NCBI GenBank assembly: GCA_964016885.1
Contig: OZ024743.1
Span: 1 to 64,000 of the forward strand
Source: Eledone cirrhosa
Lineage: Eukaryota
Direction: 5' to 3'
Length of the DNA stretch: 64,000 bases
Shown here: one piece after another, positions 16,256-30,330 of the stretch
Numbering within the stretch: position 1 is the first letter of the stretch
Layout of the letters: each line of letters opens with the position of its first letter
Notes under the pieces: model-generated
What the model was told of the DNA's origin: nothing
The model's input: only the letters and a program-made list of their open reading frames with translations
Databases searched by the model: none
Program-made: the position numbers and the translations under genes

Positions 16256-18005
16256 TCATCATCATCATCGTTATCATCATCGTTTAACGTCCGTGTTCCA
16301 CGCTTGCATGGGTTTGGACGGGGGTTTTCCCACTTGAGGCAAGAGTGATTATCTTGCTCGCATAGGACTATCTGGCGGGTTTTCTACAGCTGGATGCCCT
16401 TCCTAACACCAACCACATTTACAGTGTGGGACTGGGAGATTTTTACCGTGTTACCTCCACGACCACTTTACAGCGTGAACTGTGTGTTTTTTTGACGTGA
16501 CACCTACACGATCTCATTTGTTTCGGCCTGGATGTTGTGGCACCAACATAACTTTACATTGAAAGGGGCGGTGTGGATGGGGTGGGGGTGGTGGGACGGG
16601 GGTGTATTTTGTTAGAGATGCCTACCGACTGTAGTAGGTTTTACTTTGTATTTAGGTAAGGCGGGTCTTCTCTATTACTGAGTACCACCAAAGGTCTCGG
16701 TCCAGTGACATTGTCTTGGTGAGGTGTAAGTGTGTGAGGTCGGAATTTATCGGCTCGTCCCAGGTTTTTCTGGGTCTGCCTATTCCGTGGCTACCGTCTA
16801 TCTTTATTGCCCTGCACTTTGTTATACAGCTATCGTCCTTCATGCGCATCACGTAACCATACCAACGTAGCCTTCTCTCTAGTAAACAACATCTGATCCC
16901 TCTTATTTCTAATTTTTTCCTTAGTTCGTTTATTCTTTGCCGTTCACGTATATTACTATTACACATCCAGCGGAGCATGCAAGCTTCATTTCTCTCTAGC
17001 CTGTGTATATCCTCTGCACACAATGCCCAGGTCTCACTGACATGCAACATTGTTGTTCGTATGCAGGCATCGTACAACCTGCCTTTCATTTTTAGGGAGA
17101 ACCCTTTAGCGGCTAATAGTGGTATAAGCTCTCTGAACTTTTTCCATCCAGTTCTGACTCTAGCTACTGTACTTTCAGAGCACCCTCCCCCACTGCTGAT
17201 TTTGTCACCCAGGTAACGGAAGCTGTCCACTATTTCTATAGAACCCTCTGCGCAGTTGAAAGAGCTAGTGTTTTGTGGGCACTTGCTGCTACTTATTGCA
17301 CCAGAGCACCGGCCACATGTAAAATCTATGTTCTTAGTTAGCTTACCTGTGATCCTAATACATCTTTTATGCACCCATACTTTGCATTTGGGACACAAAA
17401 TGGAGTTTCTACCTACGCCTTTCCTACAAACTGAGCATGGCCACTTCCCGGAAGGGACCGCCGCCTTATTTTCTTTCTTACAAACTAGAACTTTAGTCTT
17501 AGCCAGGTTAATTTTAAGGCCTTTTAATTCTAGGCCGTGCTTCCATGTTTGGAATTTCTTCTCTAGCTCGGCCATTGATTCAGCTATGAGTGTTAGGTCA
17601 CCTGCGTATTGGAGTTCCCATGGGCAACCGGTCTTGAACTCCTCTGTTATAGCCTGAAGGGCAATAATAAATAGTAGGGGGCTGAGAACAGAGCCCTGAT
17701 GGACGCCAACTTTTACGCTAAACTCTTCACTATATTCGTTGTTAATTCTAACCTTGCTGACTGTTTCTTTATACATGGCTTGTATAGCTCTCACAAGCCA
17801 TTCGTCAACACCTAGTTTTCTAAGAGCCCACCCCACCAGATAATGGAACGGGGGACTCTGTCGAAGGCTTTCTCCAAGTCGACAAAAGCTAAGTATAGGA
17901 GTTTACTTTTAGCTAGGTACTTCTCCTGTAGTTGTCGTACAATGAAAAGAGCGTCTGTGGTACTTTTGCCTGACACAAACCCGAACTGCATTTCATCTAG
18001 ATCAA
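16255..18005 (-). mobile_element. RTE LINE subfamily A, RT to 3' tail
   Basis: ORF 16652-17836 (YAGD mutant of YADD, PHD, C-terminus), 3'UTR, tail. Confidence 0.95.
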
Positions 18006-18226
18006 TATAACATTAATAAGCGAATAATATTAATAAGCATATAACATTAATAAACGAATAATATTTAGAACAACCTGACAGAATTATAGAATAGCATTGA
18101 GGTGGACCGGGAAATGGAGAGAACGAAAGAAAATGGCATTTTACATTACATTTTCACAGAAGAACGAACAGTGTGACCATTAATAAGATTTGACAAATTT
18201 TGAGATTCGTACCTGTTATATGTATG

Positions 18227-18284
<58 letters not shown>

Positions 18285-18288
18285 TATG

Positions 18289-18347
<59 letters not shown>

Positions 18348-18448
18348 ATGTATATATATATATATATATGTGTGTGTATGTATGTATATATATATATATA
18401 TATGTGTGTGTATGTATGTATATATATATATATATATGTGTGTGTATG

Positions 18449-19650
18449 TCATCATCATCATCATCATCATCAGGTTTAGCGTCCGTGTTCCACGCTTGCA
18501 TGGGTTTGGACGGGGGTTTTCCCACTTGAGGCAAGAGTGGTTGTCTTGCTCGCATAGGACTGTCTGGCGGGTTTTCTACAGTTGGATGCCCTTCCTAACA
18601 CCAACCACATTTACAGTGTGGGGCTGGGAGGTTTTTACCGTGTTGCCTACACGGCCACATTACAGCGTGGACTGTCTGGCGGGTTTTCTACAGCTGGATG
18701 CCCTTCCTAACACCAACCACATTTACAGTGTGGGGCTGGGAGGTTTTTACCGTGTTGCCTACACGGCCACATTTACAGCGTGGACTGTGTGTTTTTTGTC
18801 GTGACACCTACACGATCTCATTTGTTTCGGCCTGGATGTTGTGGGACCAACATAACTTTACATTGAAAGGGGCGGTGTGGAGGTGGTGGGACGGGGGTGT
18901 GTTTTGATAGAGGTGCCTACTGACTGTAGTAGGTTTTTACTTTGTATTTAGGTAAGGCGGGTCTTCTCTATTACTGAGTACCGCCAAAGGTCTCGGTCCA
19001 GTGACATTGTCTTGGAGAGGTGTAAGCGTGTGAGGTCGGAATTTATCAGCTCGTCCCATGTTTTTCTGGGTCTGCCTACTCCGTGGCTACCGTCTATCTT
19101 TATTGCCCTGCACTTTGTTATACAGCTGTCGTCTTTCATGCCCATCACGCGACCGTACCAACGTAGCCTTCTCTCGAGTAAACAACATCTGATCCCTCTT
19201 ATTTCTAATTTTTTCCTTAGTTCGCTTAAGAGACCACCAGATAATGGAACGGGGGACTCTGTCGAAGGCTTTCTCCAAGTCGACAAAAGCTAAGTATAGG
19301 GGTTTACTTTTAGCTAGGTACTTCTCCTGTAGTTGTCGTACAATGAAAAGAGCGTCTGTGGTACTTTTGCCTGACACAAACCCGAACTGCATTTCATCTA
19401 GATCAATTCTCTCTCTGATTAGTTGCGCTATTACTTTTTCCGTGACCTTCATGACCTGGTCGATTAATTTAATGCCTCTATAGTTACTCCTATCTAGGGC
19501 ATCTCCTTTTCCCTTATAGCAGTTAACGATGATGCTGCTACGCCATTCCTTCGGAACAACCCCATTCTGTACGACTTGGTTAACTATCCGGGTGACCATG
19601 GTGTGTCCCACCGAACCAGATGCCTTCAGCATCTCAGCAACTATTTCCGT
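18449..19650 (-). mobile_element. RTE LINE subfamily A, internally deleted, duplicated 3'UTR module
   Basis: ORFs 19087-19632 and 18948-19286 joined at ~19225; ~115-bp tandem duplication at 18557-18785. Confidence 0.93.
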
Positions 19651-19709
19651 ATGTATATATATATATATGTGTGTGTATGTATATATATATATATATATGT
19701 GTGTGTATG

Positions 19710-19764
<55 letters not shown>

Positions 19765-19777
19765 GTATATATCATTC

Positions 19778-20109
19778 ATCATCATCATTTCATTTTACAC
19801 CCGCTTTTTCCCTGCTTGCAAGGGTGGGACGGGAACTGATTCTGGCTTGATTTCTACAGCTGGATGCCCTTCCTAACACCAACCTCATTTACAGTGAGTG
19901 CTGGGTGCTTTTTTCGTGGCGCCTACAAGACCACTTTGCCATGGAATGATAGGGACTGGGGTCCTATCATATCTACACCTGAGTAAACTGGAGCAATGTG
20001 AAATAAAGTGTCTTGCTCAAGGAAACAACACATCACCCGGTCTGAGAATTGAACTCACAACCTTTTGATTGCAAGTCCAATGCTCTAACCACTAAGCCAT
20101 GTGCCTCCA
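19778..20109 (-). mobile_element. tRNA-CORE SINE
   Basis: Same family as 12266-12594. Confidence 0.9.
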
Positions 20110-20234
20110 TATATGTATATATATATATGTATGTATATGCTTTATATATATGTATATATGTGTATATACCATCATCATCATCTTCGTTTAGCGTTCATCT
20201 TCCATGCTAGCATAGGTTGTGTGTGTGTGTGTGT

Positions 20235-20274
<40 letters not shown>

Positions 20275-20464
20275 GCCTTTATGGTAAATAAAGAAATATA
20301 TATATATATAAGTTCTGTATAAGTAAAGCATGGTCACCTGACCTAGCATTGCCCACAACAGGACATCTCGTCTAACCTGTGCTAGTGTCGAAGAAAGGAC
20401 GTAAAATGGTGATGATATATATATATATGTATATATTTATATAGATATATATATATATATATAT

Positions 20465-20976
20465 GAGAGTTTAAGACTGGCTGCCCATGGAAACCTCTAT
20501 ATGCAGATGATCTAACTCTTGTTGAATCCTATGGTAGAACTAGAGAAGAAATTCCAAACCTGGAAGCATGACCTAGAATCAAAAGGCCTTAAAGTTAACT
20601 TGTCTATGACTAAAGTTCTACTATGTAGAAAGGAAAATAGTGCATAGGTTCCCTCTGGGAAATGGTCTTGCTCAGTGTGAAGGAAAGGAGTACGTAGAAA
20701 TTCCATTCTATGTTCCAATTGCAAGCTAAGAGTACATAAAAGATTTAGTGGGATCACAGGCAGGCTATCAAAGAATATAGGTTTTATATGTGGCCGATGC
20801 TCAGGTGCAGTAAGTAGCAAGTGCCCACTGGATACTAACTCCTTCAACTGCCCAGATGATTCTATAGAAATAGACACTTTATAGTGGGAGGGTGTTCTGA
20901 AAGTACAGTAGCCAGACTAAGAACGGGATGGAAAAAGTTCAGAGAGCTAATACTGCTGTTGGCCACAAAAGGTTTC
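20465..20976 (+). mobile_element. Degenerate RTE RT/PHD fragment
   Basis: FKTGCPW..LYADD, GKW.C..,TGWKKFREL with stops. Confidence 0.85.
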
Positions 20977-20979
20977 TGA

Positions 20980-22620
20980 CAGCTGTATAAAAAGTGTAAG
21001 TTACAGAGTAGGAAGATGCAGAAAGTCCCACACTGTAAATGTGGTTGGTGTTAGGAGAGACATTATAAATGACTGCATGGGGCAGACATGGACTCTGTAA
21101 GCTATAGTGGAGGCAATCCGTCTAGGAGGGCAGTGACTCCGATAAATAATGGCTGCATGGGGCAGATGTAAGGTTCCGTAAGCCGTAGTGAAGGCAACCT
21201 GTCTAGGGGGGAGAGAACTCATGAGTCTAGTAAGACAACCTCACTAGTGCTGGTGACACAAATAATGCACCCAGGCCACGCTGTGAAGTGGTTGGTGATA
21301 GGAAAGGTATTCAGCAAGAAAAAACCTGCCAAAATTATGACAAGCATGACAAATACAATTTTCAATAATTGCATATACAGGGCTAACACTAGTCATATTA
21401 GCACAGTGGTGGGGTGGCTAGAGTAGACATATGTGAGAACCCCTTGAATGTCATCAAGCCATCACATAGACTCAACAACTGTCAAGGTACAAATCTCAGG
21501 ACTGCCATTCTCAATGTTGGCACCTTGAAAGATAAATCAGGTGAAATAGTGGAACTGTTAGAGAGAAGAGAAGTAGATGTGTGATGTATAAAAGAAACGA
21601 GATGGAGGGGTGCCTCACAGACAAACAACAGATATAAACTCTACTAAGTAGGACATAACGATGGGGTAGGCAGTGTAGGCAACTGAGAAATGGATAGATA
21701 AGGTAATAGGGTAAGTGACAGAATCATCAAGCTTTGAATAGCTGTAGGAAATAGAATGGTCACAATTACATCTACTTATACTCCACTGGCAACACTAAGT
21801 AATAATCAAAAGGATAGGTTCTATGAGGAACTTTTACAGACAACTTCAGGCACTTATGAAAGAAACCTCATCAATGGACATGTGGGGCAGTACTAGGACG
21901 GATTCATTGGAGTTCACAGCAGCTTTTGTTAAGGCTCAAGAAAAGAAGAATTGAGGCTCCTGGAATTCTGTGATGTGAATGAACTAACCATTTACAACAA
22001 ATTTTAGGAAACCAGCCAGCCACCTGATTTCATATCATTCAGGTGAACACAGAAGCCAAATTGATTACTTACTTGCAAGATGAGATAAATGGACTAATAC
22101 ACTAAGGCCTTCTCTGGAGAAGATGCACTGCCCAACGCATGTTAGTTATTAGTGAGTTCAAAATAAACACAAGACAGAACAATATGTGCAGGAAAATATG
22201 GAGATGGACGGTTTTGAAGCTAAAGTAACTTAGTTAAATATAGGTTTAGAAGGGCCTACAGGATGCAGTAGATGAGACAGGTGACGAGCTCGGTACATAA
22301 AATATAGAGGACAACTGGAAACTCGTACGTGACAACTTTTTGCAGACTACTGATGAGATTTGTGGCTGGAGAAAAGTGCCAGCCAGATAGATGGTCATTT
22401 GGTGGTGGAACAGCACAGTGGCTAGAGACATTAAAGCCAAGAGACAGCCACGAAATGACTGGAAAAATGGGGGTAGCAGAGACCAGTACCAGGTAGCTAA
22501 GAGAGAAGCTAGATGACAGGTATACAGAGTTCAGAGAGGTCTGAAAAGAGAAAGTTTGCCAATGTCTTGAGATGTGAGGACCAGAAACGTGAAGTGTTTC
22601 ACATTGCAAGGCAATTTGTT
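20980..22620 (+). mobile_element. Old RTE LINE 5' half (5'UTR modules, APE, linker)
   Basis: NVGTLK, RWRG, NGHVG, QIDY and WWN remnants; UTR module at 21240-21330. Confidence 0.8.
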
Positions 22621-23538
22621 TATGTAAATTGAACAAAGGAGAGACACAAAATAAAGACCTAGTCATTGAGGAGGTCACAGAATGTGTGACCAAAGAGCAT
22701 TGACAATAGATAAACAACTTTCCGGTTATCGAACCAACCAACCAGAAACTTGTAATAAACTGAAGTGAAAACCAACAGGTGTGTGTGTTTTTATTGGCAG
22801 CATGACCCTCCCAAAGTATAACAATATCTGTTTCAACACATGTTTTCAGATAAGAAATCTTGCAAAACAAATTCAACGACGAATCATTTATATATATAGG
22901 TATTAAAGGTGCAAATTAGTTGCATCAGGATCGATCAGTTATGAGTGTAAGAGAGAAAGAGCCATATATCATTTGAGAAACACAGTATTTTGTACACATA
23001 TACAAAGCAAATAATATTCAGGAAAATATACGTACTTTTAAGTGGAACAAGTCATATCTTCCTTACAGCACTATTTCATAATCGAAAAAACCCTAAGTGA
23101 ACAATCGATCTAAGTAATCAATTATCCATTACCAACTATTGTAATCGATTACCAACTATTGATTTTGATAAAGCAATGGAAGACAAGGATCTAATCCTTA
23201 GAGGAATTGTCTTTATATATGTCCCAGACTGTACAAAATTCCTTTATCTGTTGAGAGCAGAGAGTTTGTTTAAATCACTATTCCACATGGTCTCAAAAAC
23301 ATTTAATGGCCAGGGCAGATATAAAGAAGATTGGATATCATATTGGCTAGACAGAGCTCTGAAGTACCAGTCACAGTTGAAGCAACTCAACAAATTAATA
23401 CATGTATATGTGTCGCAAAGTCTTCCATCATAATCGCATAATATAACTAGGCCATTAAAATACGTAAAGTATTTTTGTAACATTAAAAATTTAAAAGAAT
23501 ATTTCCTGACCCACCTTCATATATATATATACATGTAT

Positions 23539-23986
23539 ACTAGACCTGAAAAATGCGCAAGCTCAAAAGAGCCACAGAATGTTATAATAAACCTTCAAAA
23601 GTGTGGGACTAGAGTTGTTGCTCAAAAATATTGTAATCATTATCTATCGTACACTCTGTGGCATCCTTTTATAAAAAAAAGCGACTCATAAGGAACTCAA
23701 GATGACACAATAATTATTTAAGCTAATGTTCAATATCTCATATTAGATGTTTAGTAATGATTAATACGAAATGCACTTAAACCGAATTCTATATTATAAA
23801 TTCACTTAAATAATTATTGTGTCATCTTGAGTTCGTTATGAGTCTTTTTTTTATAAAAGGATGCTACAGAGTGTACGATAGATAATGATTACAATGTTTT
23901 TGAGCAACAACTCTAGTCCCACACTTTTGAAGGTTTATTATAACATTCTGTGGCTCTTTTGAGCTTGCGCATTTTACAGGTCTAGT
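23539..23986. mobile_element. Foldback MITE with ~183-bp terminal inverted repeats
   Basis: ACTAGACCTG..ttatttaag (23539-23722) is inverted at 23806-23986 (..CAGGTCTAGT) with few mismatches. Confidence 0.85.
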
Positions 23987-24704
23987 TTAATATTTTTTTA
24001 AGGTAACGCTTGTAATAACTCTAGTTAAACATGATATATATTAATAATAAATTATCGTTGTAATGTAATTAGATTATATAATTGTTATTTTATAAATGAT
24101 CTTATAAATATTATTGTAATATGTATAAAAATATCTTCAGACTTTTAATATAAACAACTACAAAAAATAATCAATATTAAATAATATATTTTACATAATA
24201 ATTGTTATAGTTGAATTAATAAAAATTAAATATTACATACAAATAGTCTAACATAATAATAATAAAATAATCTAACATAAAACGAACAATAATATGGACA
24301 AATATACAAGTAAATATAATACAACCAATATTATAAGCATGTTATAACGAACTGAAAAAAAAATAGTTAATATAAATTTAAAAAAATCATATATAAATTA
24401 ACAATATAACTTAACAAAACGAGAAAAATATTTTGATGATAAATGACGAAATACAGGAGGAAGATTCAAAAGCGAAACGATAAATAAAAGTGCAAACAAA
24501 GTGGCGGATTCTTTTGAGCAACGTTACTCTCATTGGTTGATTAGCCAATAAGACAATACATTACAAAACATGTTTGGGAGGGATCACCACGACCAGCGAA
24601 ACCCCTTGAATATTTTATTCACAAGCTACGCATATATGTCAGTACACGCAGACTTAAAACATTCTATTGTTAGTCACTGGGTGTTTAATATATGTATATA
24701 ACTT

Positions 24705-25365
24705 TATTAAAATAGCAGGAGGCCGGACTGGTACTATTCCTTTAAAGTTTTATTGTTACAAAAAACACTATATATATATTTCAATAGCCTGGTTACGTAA
24801 GATCTTGGTGACATGTGCGGATTGTGTAATTAGTTAATCAATAAAGGAATTATGGCAAACACAAACAGAGAATAGAAAAAAATATTTGATTCAGAGTTAT
24901 TGTTGCTGCTGACCATCTCCAAATAAACTTGTCAATGCAAAGCATTGTGGGTTTGGTAGGTGTGACCAACGGGGGTGTGGGGCTTGTGTGGTGGCGATAT
25001 AAATTCCGCTGTTACAGGTACTGCTCTGCTGCCACAGAGGTTAGGGGTAATAAATTCTGTGTGAATATATTCTGGCCAAAACCAGGTAAGTGTGACAGTG
25101 AAGAAGATCAGATTAAAGGAGATACATTCTATGGAGGTCAAGAGGGTTATACAAAATTATAAAAATGTATAAAAAGTAATGAAAGTCGGGTTGGATGTCA
25201 TGTTAAATTGATATTTAACTCTGTTCTTGCTCCATCCATAGGATTCAACATCAACGATGGATGAGATGCATAACGTAGAGTGCTTTTCTTACTATTACAT
25301 CATGATTAACTAAACAGAATGACTAGTTCTATCTATTGGTGAACCACAAAGTAAATAAATAAATA
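24705..25365. mobile_element. Diverged copy of the PLE-like family at 53995-55205
   Basis: Shares aaaatagcaggaggc.ggactggt and ttaactctgt...gttctatcta.tggtgaacca..aaataaat blocks. Confidence 0.55.
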
Positions 25366-25573
25366 TATATATTTATATGCATATTTATATAAGTATATAT
25401 ATATATATACATACATATTTATATAAGTATGCATATAAGTATGCATATATATATATTTATATATATATATATACGTATGCATATATATATATATATATAT
25501 GTACACGTACATACTTATATTTAAGTAACAGCCGTACTAAGAGTGGGAAATGAAATATCGTTTCATTTTTTCC

Positions 25574-25607
<34 letters not shown>

Positions 25608-25741
25608 GAAAATGAAGGGAATTCCTTGGTACAGTAAAATAGATTGGTGGTCTTTAATAATTCAAATCTTTAGAATAAGTTGTTATTGATTTTGAATTAT
25701 TAAAGAATATCAACCACCAGTGAAGTCATTCTTCCCTTTTG

Positions 25742-25778
<37 letters not shown>

Positions 25779-25783
<5 letters not shown>

Positions 25784-26750
25784 AAATCAGCAGTGGTGGA
25801 GGGTGCTCTGAAAGTACAGTAGCCAGAGACAGAACGGGATGGAAAAAGTTCAGAGCTTATACCGCTGTTGACCACAAAAGGTTTCTCTCTAAAAATGAAA
25901 GGCAGATTGTATGATGCCTGTATATGAACAGAAATACTACATGGCAGTGAGACATGGGCATTGCATGCAGAGGATGTGTAATAGTAATATACGTGAACGG
26001 CAAAGCATAAATGAACTAAGTGAAAAATTAGGAATAAGAGGGATCAGATGCTGTTTACTTGAGAGAAGACTATGTTGGTATGGTCACGTGATGTGCATGA
26101 AAGACGACAGCTGTATAAAAAAGTGTAGGGCGATCAAAATTGATGGTAGTTACGGAGTAAAACCTTGGATGATTTGATAAATTCCGACCTTACACACTTG
26201 CACCTCTCTAAGACAATGTCACTGGACCGAGATCTTTGGCGCTACGCAGTAATACAGAAGACCCGCCTTGCCTATGTACAAAGCGAAACCTACAGTCAGT
26301 AGGCACCTCTTAACCAAATATACACCACAATCCACTACCCCTACCCTATCCTCCCACTAACACCACCCTCTCTCTGTAAAGTTGATACCACAACATCCAG
26401 TCCAAATAAATGAGATAATGATATCGAGATCGAGATCGTGTAGGTGTCTCAACAAAAAAAAAAACACAGTCCACGCTGTAATGTGGCCATGTAGGTAACA
26501 CGGTAAAACGTTCCTAGTTCCAAACTGTAAATGTTGTTGGTGTTAGGAAGGGCATCCAGCCGTAGAAAACCTGCCAGATAGTCCTATATGAGCGAGACAC
26601 GGTCACCCGGCCAACCTTGCCGCAAGTGGGACAACTCCCGTCTACATGAGCTAGAGATGGTCACCTGAACTAGCATTGCTCCCAACAGGATAACTTGTCT
26701 ATCCCATGCCAGTGTGGAAAATGGATGTTAAACAGTGGTGATGATGATGA
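25779..26750 (+). mobile_element. RTE LINE, older 3' fragment
   Basis: [12 protein letters not shown]...ERRLCWYGHV, 3'UTR, (GAT)n tail. Confidence 0.9.
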
Positions 26751-27314
26751 TATATATTGTAGAGAATTTAAAACGATTTTTAGACATAGATGCCAATGTG
26801 AATAATTAACTTTAATACCTATGTAACTGCTCTACAACTAAGTTCACGTGCTGAAATTAGCCTTAGATTATATCATATCGATTCGTTAATAGGTCAGCAG
26901 TACCCATGTAGAAAGAACAGGTGGATTTTGATCAAAGAAAGCATAAGAATTCCAACAGTTTAACAAAGAAATAGTTGAAATATATACAGATTCTTCTTTA
27001 CCTATACATATATACACACACACTCACATATATATAGTAAACTGGTCATGTTGGTGTCACAACAAAAAGCACTTCGTCCAATGTGTCTCTTAGTCATTTT
27101 GGTTAAACAATAAAAACAAACAGTCTGCGCCGTAAATGTGGTTGGCATTAGAAAGGGTATCTGACTGTAGAAAGCAGGCCACAAACAGTTCTGTATGAGC
27201 AAAACAGTCATCTCATCTGACTTGTCTCACAATAGGATAACTCATCTGACTCATGCTAGTGTGGAAAAATGGACGTTAAATGGTGATGATGATGAGATTG
27301 ATTATCACCTTGAA

Positions 27315-27708
27315 CACCTTGACCAACCAGTCTGTCAGGTGCCATTCGGCTCCGCTGGTCACAGCACGTGCTGTTTTAGCCATGCGATGACGCCATCCCG
27401 CTGGCTGGGCAGGCAAGCCGTAAGTCTAAAGTCTGTCTTAAGCCAGAAGGCTCATTTGGCCGGTGCTTATCTCGGTTTCATAGAGTGAAGCGACTGACAG
27501 TACAAGAATACCCCCCGGACAGGACGCCAATCCATCGCAGGATTAAACCTCCAGCTATTGCTGGTACTCATTTTCAGCTGAGTAAACTGGAGCAACGTGA
27601 AATAAAGTGTCTTGCTCAAAGAAACAACACATCACCCGGTCCGAGAATTGAACTCACAACCTTTCGATTGCAAGCCTACTGCTCTAACCACTAAGCCATG
27701 CGCCTTCA
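27315..27708 (-). mobile_element. tRNA-CORE SINE with a different 3' half
   Basis: Head and CORE as in other copies, then cctgcgatggattggcgtcctgtcc instead of the RTE module. Confidence 0.8.
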
Positions 27709-27954
27709 CGGATTGATTATATATATATATCATCATCATCACCATTTTACGTCTATTTTTCCACGTTAGCATGGGCTAGACAAGTTGTCCTTTGTGGGCA
27801 ATGCTAGGTCAGGTAACCATATTTTGATTTTGGCTTGGTTTCTTTCTACAGCTGGATGCCCTTCCTAATGCCAACTTCATTTACAGTGAGTACGGGGTGC
27901 TTTTTGTTGTGACACCTACATGACCACTTTACAGTGTGAACTGGGCGCTATATA

Positions 27955-28597
27955 TCATCATCATCATCATCATCGTTTAACGTCCGTGTTCCACGCTTGC
28001 ATGGGTTTGGACGGGAGTTTTCCCACTTGAGGCAAGAGTGATTGTCTTGCTCGCATAGGACTGTCTGGCGGGTTTTCTACAGCTGGATGCCCTTCCTAAC
28101 ACCAACCACATTTACAGTGTGGGGCTGGCAGGTTTTTACCGTGTTGCCTACACGACCACATTACAGCGTGGACTGTGTGTTTTTTTTGTCGTGACACCTA
28201 CACGATCTCATTTGTTTCGGCCTGGATGTTGTGGCACCAACATAACTTTACATTGAAAGGGGCTGTGTGGATGGGGTGGGTGTGGTGGGACGGGGGTGTA
28301 TTTTGTTAGAGATGCCTACTGACTGTAGTAGGTTTTACTTTGTATTTAGGTAAGGCGGGTCTTCTCTATTACTGAGTACCGCCAAAGGTCTCGGTCCAGT
28401 GACATTGTCTTGGAGAGGTGTAAGTGTGTGAGGTCGGAATTTATCAGCTCGTCCCAGGTTTTTCTGGGTCTGCCTACTCCGTGGCTACCGTCTATCTTTA
28501 TTGCCCTGCACTTTTTTAAACAGCTGTCGTCTTTCATGCGCATCACGTGACCATACCAACGTAGCCTTCTCTCGAGTAAACAACATCTGATCCCTCT
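27955..28597 (-). mobile_element. RTE LINE subfamily A 3' fragment
   Basis: ORF end ...SVIEKTRLT, 3'UTR, tail. Confidence 0.93.
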
Positions 28598-28665
28598 TGA
28601 TATATATTTATATTTATGTATGTGTATGTTTGTATACCTATATGTATGTATATATATATGTATGT

Positions 28666-30030
28666 CATCATCATCATTATTTTACGTCCGATTTTCCCTG
28701 CTTGCAAGGGTGGGACGGGTCCTATTCAGCATCTCTCCACTTGTCATGGTCCTTCATCATCTCCACCGTGAGCTTCAGCGATCTGAGGTCTGCTCTCACC
28801 ACCTCCGCCAATGTTTTTCATGGTCATCCTCTACTACATCTTCCTTCAACTGGCATTTCTTGGCACTTCTTTACCCAGCGGTCATCCCCCATGCGCATCA
28901 CATGTCCATACCATCGCAGTCTTCTCTCCCGCACACTATAACTTATCCCTCTTAAACATAATTTCTCTCTCAACACATCCATGCTCGGTTGTTCACGTAC
29001 ATTGACATTGCACATCCAACAGAGCATGCTTGCCTCATTTCTCTCCAGCCGTTGCATATCCTCTGCAGTTGCTGCCCATATCTCACTACCATGCAGCATC
29101 GCGCACCTCACACAGGCATCATATAACAGGCCTTTCATACGCAGGGAGAAACCTTTCTTCATCAGCAGAGGAAGCAGCTCCCTAAACTTCTTCCAACCTG
29201 TCCTTATTCTAGATACTATGGCCTCGGAACCCCCCCCCCCTCCCATGCTGATCTGATCACCTAGGTACCGGAAGCTATCAACCTATTCTATTACTAACTC
29301 GAACTACCTCTATCGTCTTATCGATCCATCTCTCAGCCAGTAAAATGCCTACTCCACCTAACCCATCATCATTACCCACCCAGAAAAGCTTATAACTAAG
29401 ATGTTTGCCTGCAATTAGTCTTGCAGAGGCACCTCTCCATCTCACCTCTTGTACGCAGCACACATCCTTCTCTCCACTATTTCACCAGATCTACCTGTTA
29501 GAGTGCCAACATTAAATGTGGCAACTCTGAGACGTGACGTCTTCATATTCTTGTTCATTTTCCTGTAGTGCGATTGCTTGATGACAGTTGGGGGGTTCTC
29601 GCACATGGCCTTACCAGCCACCCCACTACCATGCGCATCCCTAACATGGTTAGTGTTATTGCAGTTTACGCAGTTGTTATTGTGCGATTGCTTGATGATG
29701 GTCGGGGGGGGGGGGTTCTCGCACATGGCCGCACCAGTCACCCCACTACCGTGCACAGCCCTAACATTGTTAGTGTTATTGCTGTTGACGCAGTTGTTGC
29801 AATTCTCATTTGTTGTGCTCATAGTTTTTGGCAGTAGTATATATACTGATTGGACGCCCTCCTTAACACCACCACCATTTTACAGCATGGACTAAGTGCT
29901 TTTATTCGTGCCACCAGCACTAGAGAGGTCATCTTACTGGACTCAGGGGCCCTATCCACCCCTCCATTTTTACAGCATGGACTGGGTGCTTTTATTCGTG
30001 CCACTAGCACTAGGAAGTCTTACTGGACTT
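28666..30030 (-). mobile_element. RTE LINE subfamily B, large internal deletion
   Basis: 5'UTR modules, N-terminus with a ~120-bp tandem repeat (29565-29800), APE start (FNVGTL, VQEVRWRG), joined at ~29283 to the post-RT C-terminus. Confidence 0.9.
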
Positions 30031-30275
30031 AGGGTACTTCTCTACCCCGCACAATTTATTCGGAGTGGTAGCTCTCCTAGACGGGTTGCCTACATTTCGG
30101 CTTGCAGAGCCTCCGTCTGCCCTTGTATCTTCTATGATATATTCATGAGGGAGTGGTTAACATACAGCGTCAGGCATGTATACCGAATGTGGTGGAAGTG
30201 TGACGTGAGAACCATAATGTCTTATACATTCAAATTTAACACAAATTTCAACAGTTTATATCACATACAAATCAC

Positions 30276-30330
<55 letters not shown>

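Noticed and set aside
23176-23483. Short ORFs on both strands in unique-looking DNA
   Set aside because: No recognisable motif or convincing splice sites.
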